Positions 61,227 to 64,000 of a DNA stretch of 64,000 nt are shown piece by piece. The translations under genes were made by a program, and so were the position numbers. Below the pieces are notes generated by a model. That model worked only from the letters and a program-made list of their open reading frames with translations. It ran no database searches and was not told the DNA's origin. This stretch comes from an uncultured Thermoleophilia bacterium (lineage in GTDB: Bacteria > Actinomycetota > Thermoleophilia > Gaiellales > Gaiellaceae): NCBI GenBank assembly GCA_963844075.1, contig CAWJMP010000007.1, forward strand, positions 48,756 through 112,755. The letters are read 5' to 3'. The stretch's first letter is position 1, and each line of letters opens with the position of its first letter.

Positions 61227-62002
61227 CAGAGGTTTGCTTCGAGCCAGTTCGGCAGTTGCGCGATCGAGGAGACGATGCCTTCCGGCTGCACCGTCGAGCG
61301 CTCGACCTCGTCGGGGCGAAACTTGCCGGTGCGAACGAGGATCGTCTTCATTCCGAAGCGGTGGGCACCGAGAACGTCCCCCTCGAGGTCGTCGCCGATC
61401 ATCCAGGTGATGCTCGGGTCTGCGTCGACCGCTTCGAGCGCAGCAGTGAAGTAGGCGATCGACGGCTTGCCGAGGACCGTTGCCTCGATCTCTGCCGCAT
61501 ACTCGAGCCCTGCGACGAAGACACCGGTGTCGAGCCTCGGGCCGTCCGCGGTCTGCCACCACTTGTTCTTGTGCAGGCAGTAGAGCTCTGCGCCCGCCTC
61601 GAGCTCGTGAAACGCACGGTTCAGGTTGAGGTAGGAGAAGACTCGGCCGACCTCTTCGCCCTCGTCTGCCCCGCCGACGAGCACCGCGTCGACATTCATG
61701 CCGACCAGCTGCAGGCCCTCCAGGTCGTCGAGGATCCCCGGCATCGTGAGCGCCAGCACGCGCTTCCCCTTCAGCTCGCGCGACGCGACCGAGCCCGTGG
61801 TCTGGAGCTCGTCCTCGACGATGTCGAACCCCATCAGCTGAAGCTGCTGGGCGAGCTGCTGGCGCGAGAGCGTCGTCGAGTTCGTGACGAAGCGCAGCCG
61901 GTGACCTGCCTCCCGCAGCGCCCGCACCGCGGAGGCCGCCCCTGGGATCGGAACGCCCGAGACGTGCAGGACGCCGTCCACGTCGAGGAGAATGGCGGCC
62001 AT
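61226..62002 (-). CDS. HAD-IIA family hydrolase (NagD-like)
   Basis: The last 258 aa of ORF 61226..62356: MAAILLDVDGVLHV...RFVTNSTT...GKP...MIGDDLEGDV. Confidence 0.85.
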   Translation of the reverse strand: MAAILLDVDGVLHVSGVPIPGAASAVRALREAGHRLRFVTNSTTLSRQQLAQQLQLMGFDIVEDELQTTGSVASRELKGKRVLALTMPGILDDLEGLQLVGMNVDAVLVGGADEGEEVGRVFSYLNLNRAFHELEAGAELYCLHKNKWWQTADGPRLDTGVFVAGLEYAAEIEATVLGKPSIAYFTAALEAVDADPSITWMIGDDLEGDVLGAHRFGMKTILVRTGKFRPDEVERSTVQPEGIVSSIAQLPNWLEANL

Positions 62003-62384
62003 GAGGATCGAGTCTATTCGCTCGGAGATCGCGTTCAGGTTCTCCCGGTCGAGCGGGCCGGGCGGCCAGCACGCCCAGAAGAGCTCGACACGTGTCGAGG
62101 CGCTCTTCGACGTCGAGGAGTCGCTCGGCCTCACCGCCCCGGAACGTCGGCGCGTCCTGGAGCGAATCGGGCCTGTCGTGCGGGCGATCGCCCAGGACGA
62201 GCGGTCCCAGCTCAGAAACCGTGAGCTCGCGACCGACCGCATCGTCGAGCAGCTGCGCGAAGCGGTGAAGGTGCGCCGGCCACGCCGGCCGACGAAGCCG
62301 ACGACGGCGTCGAAGGAGCGTCGGCTCGACGACAAGAAACGACGCGGGCAGACCAAGCGACTGCGCCGCGAGCTCGACGACTAA
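62001..62384 (+). CDS. arfB: Alternative ribosome-rescue factor ArfB (peptidyl-tRNA hydrolase, RF-1 GGQ domain)
   Basis: MRIESIRSEIAFRFSRSSGPGGQHAQKSSTRVEALF plus a basic C-terminal tail (KERRLDDKKRRGQTKRLRR). The start could also be ATG 61992. Confidence 0.85.
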   Translation: MRIESIRSEIAFRFSRSSGPGGQHAQKSSTRVEALFDVEESLGLTAPERRRVLERIGPVVRAIAQDERSQLRNRELATDRIVEQLREAVKVRRPRRPTKPTTASKERRLDDKKRRGQTKRLRRELDD

Positions 62385-62395
62385 CCTGGGCCGCC

Positions 62396-62977
62396 GTGGA
62401 CGAGTACACGGTGATCCTCGATCAGGCACGCGCAAGCATCGCCGCCGGGCGGACGCCCAACTGGCCGGTGCTCGAGGCACGCGTCAAGGCGGTGGCCCGC
62501 GCTCCGCGCGCGCAGCCCGATTCCGGGCAGGAGGACCGGGCGCTGCGGCAGCTCGCCCTGCTCGCCTCGGTCCAGCGGGCCAAGGCGCGGGTCGCGCCGC
62601 CGACCACTGCGGTCTCGGCTCCTGCGCGCAGGCCGCACGCGTTGCGCGAGCGGCCGACGATCACCGGCAACATGGAGGTCGAGCGCGAGACCGAGGGCTC
62701 CGCCTTCGTGCTCCGCTGGCAGGCGGCCCCCGCCGTGGCCGAATGGGCTGTGCGGTTGAGCGAGCGGCGCGACCCCCGCGGCAGCTACGTGGTCGTCGCC
62801 GAGCGGTCGCTGCCCGCAGGCTCGACGTCGGTGGAGGTGCCGCTCGGGGCGAACCCGCTCCGTGTGCACCTGCTCGGACGCGGCCGCGGCGGCAAGCTCG
62901 TGCGGCGCGCCGTCATCTCGCCGCTCACCGCGGAGTCGTGGGGCGAGCGCTTCCAGCGCCGGGCGAGCGCCGCCTAG
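62396..62977 (+). CDS. Hypothetical protein
   Basis: ORF of 193 aa with coding-like third-position bias. I recognise no family. Confidence 0.5.
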   Translation: MDEYTVILDQARASIAAGRTPNWPVLEARVKAVARAPRAQPDSGQEDRALRQLALLASVQRAKARVAPPTTAVSAPARRPHALRERPTITGNMEVERETEGSAFVLRWQAAPAVAEWAVRLSERRDPRGSYVVVAERSLPAGSTSVEVPLGANPLRVHLLGRGRGGKLVRRAVISPLTAESWGERFQRRASAA

Positions 62978-62996
62978 CTACAGGAGAGCTCCGGCG

Positions 62997-63098
62997 CTAG
63001 AGCTGGCGGCCGGGGCGGTCGAACCGCGAGTCGACGCCGTAGCGGGCGCCGAGGACGCAGACGACGAGCAGCACGATCAGGAAGGCGATTGCGGTCAT
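62997..63098 (-). CDS. Candidate 33-aa single-TM micro-protein
   Basis: Too short for the ORF track. Translation is MTAIAFLIVLLVVCVLGARYGVDSRFDRPGRQL. It is divergent from the LysR gene, with G/C-rich third positions. Confidence 0.35.
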   Translation of the reverse strand: MTAIAFLIVLLVVCVLGARYGVDSRFDRPGRQL

Positions 63099-63157
63099 GA
63101 CTCGAGTGTGCCTTGCAGGGTTTATCAGCGCAAATCGTGCTACCGTTCATATTGATT

Positions 63158-64000
63158 ATGAAACCTGATAGTTGGCTCGGCGTCGAGCTGCGGCACTTCG
63201 CCGCGCTGCAGGCCGTGGCCGCCGAGGGCTCCTTCGGCCGGGCGGCGGAACGGCTCGGGTACACGCAGTCGGCGATCAGCCAGCAGATCGCGACCCTGGA
63301 GCGCATCGTCGGCGAGCAGCTGGTCGAGCGCCCCGGCGGGCCGCGGCCCGTCTCCTTGACCGAGGCCGGCCACCTGCTCCTCCGCCACGCGGACTCCCTC
63401 GTCGCCCGCCTCCAGGCAGCCCAGGCCGACCTGCTCGCGCTGCAGGCGGGCGAGGCTGGGACGCTGCGGATCGGCACGTTCCAGTCGGCCGGCGCGCGCG
63501 TCCTGCCGGAGATCATGCGGCGTTTCGCCGCCCAGTGGCCGCGCATCGAGGTCATGCTCGAAGAGCACGACGACGAGGAGATCGCCGACGCGCTGGAACG
63601 CGGCGAGCTCGACGTCGGCTTCGTCCTCCTCCCGGTCGGCGACGCGCCGCTCGAGACGGTCGAGCTCCTGCGTGATCCCTATGTGCTCGTCGTCGCGGCC
63701 GGGTCGCCGCTTGCAGAAGGCCCGCCCTCGCTGCGCGAGATCGCACGTCAACCGCTCGTCGGCTTTCGGTCGGGCAGCTCGACCGACCCCATCGTCGCGG
63801 CGTTCCGCGCGGCACGCGTGGAGCCGCGCTGGGCGTTTCGCTCGAACGACAACCAGACGGTGCAGGGCCTGGTCGCGGCCGGGATGGGCTGTGCGATCGC
63901 ACCGCTTTTGACGGTCGACACGAGCGATCCCAGGATCGTCGCCGTCGATCTCGGCGGCGCCGTCGAGCCCCGGGTGGTCGGGATCGGCCGCCACCGCGAC
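63158..64000 (+). CDS. LysR-family transcriptional regulator (partial; continues beyond window end)
   Basis: Absent from the ORF track because there is no stop in the window. ATG 63158 gives MKPDSWLGVELRHFAALQAVAAEGSFGRAAERLGYTQSAISQQIATLERIVGEQLVERPGGPRPVSLTEAG..., then a substrate-binding domain. The frame stays open for 281 codons to the window edge. Confidence 0.88.
   Translation, partial: MKPDSWLGVELRHFAALQAVAAEGSFGRAAERLGYTQSAISQQIATLERIVGEQLVERPGGPRPVSLTEAGHLLLRHADSLVARLQAAQADLLALQAGEAGTLRIGTFQSAGARVLPEIMRRFAAQWPRIEVMLEEHDDEEIADALERGELDVGFVLLPVGDAPLETVELLRDPYVLVVAAGSPLAEGPPSLREIARQPLVGFRSGSSTDPIVAAFRAARVEPRWAFRSNDNQTVQGLVAAGMGCAIAPLLTVDTSDPRIVAVDLGGAVEPRVVGIGRHRD

Overview
This is a high-GC bacterial chromosome segment with Actinomycetota-like gene content. 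It is mostly core housekeeping, and most genes lie on the minus strand. Recognisable genes, in order: a partial MFS transporter, two GNATs, mreB, an APH-family kinase, maf, a SAM methyltransferase, ndk, folC and valS. Next comes a glyoxylate-shunt operon (aceA-aceB-gntR-ggt-like), then clpX, clpP, tig and six single tRNA genes (Leu-TAG, Arg-TCG, His-GTG, Arg-TCT, Gly-TCC, Pro-TGG). After these: an AI-2E transporter, ctaG-like, an M29 aminopeptidase, EamA, a very large multi-GAF histidine kinase with a receiver-only regulator, ispH, ileS and trxA. The next block is an ApbE / ferric-reductase-like / Kelch-YVTN lipoprotein operon, then ridA, a GCS2 ligase and an ECF sigma / anti-sigma operon. The window ends with fabI, a ~1130-aa S8 protease, alr, nnr, acpS, arfB and a partial LysR regulator. 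I found no rRNA, CRISPR array, transposase, integrase or phage genes. Main observations: (1) An AhpE-type peroxiredoxin, the third gene of the ECF sigma operon, has an in-frame TGA exactly at the peroxidatic-Cys codon, followed by a SECIS-like hairpin. It is a candidate selenoprotein that the ORF track truncates. (2) Several genes can only begin at CTG, two of them in CTGA stop/start overlaps that mirror the many GTGA/ATGA overlaps here. (3) By manual reading, about 40 single-base frame disruptions split around 25 genes, including essential ileS, folC and alr. Most behave as one extra base in a 2-3 nt homopolymer, which points to consensus indel error rather than gene decay. One beta-lactamase-like gene is a strong local hot spot. 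(4) There are several structured intergenic elements: an orphan intrinsic terminator upstream of ispH, a TTAA-centred bidirectional hairpin and an 8-4-8 inverted repeat between ileS and trxA. All functional calls rest on my own reading of translated sequence and remembered family motifs. No database search was run.
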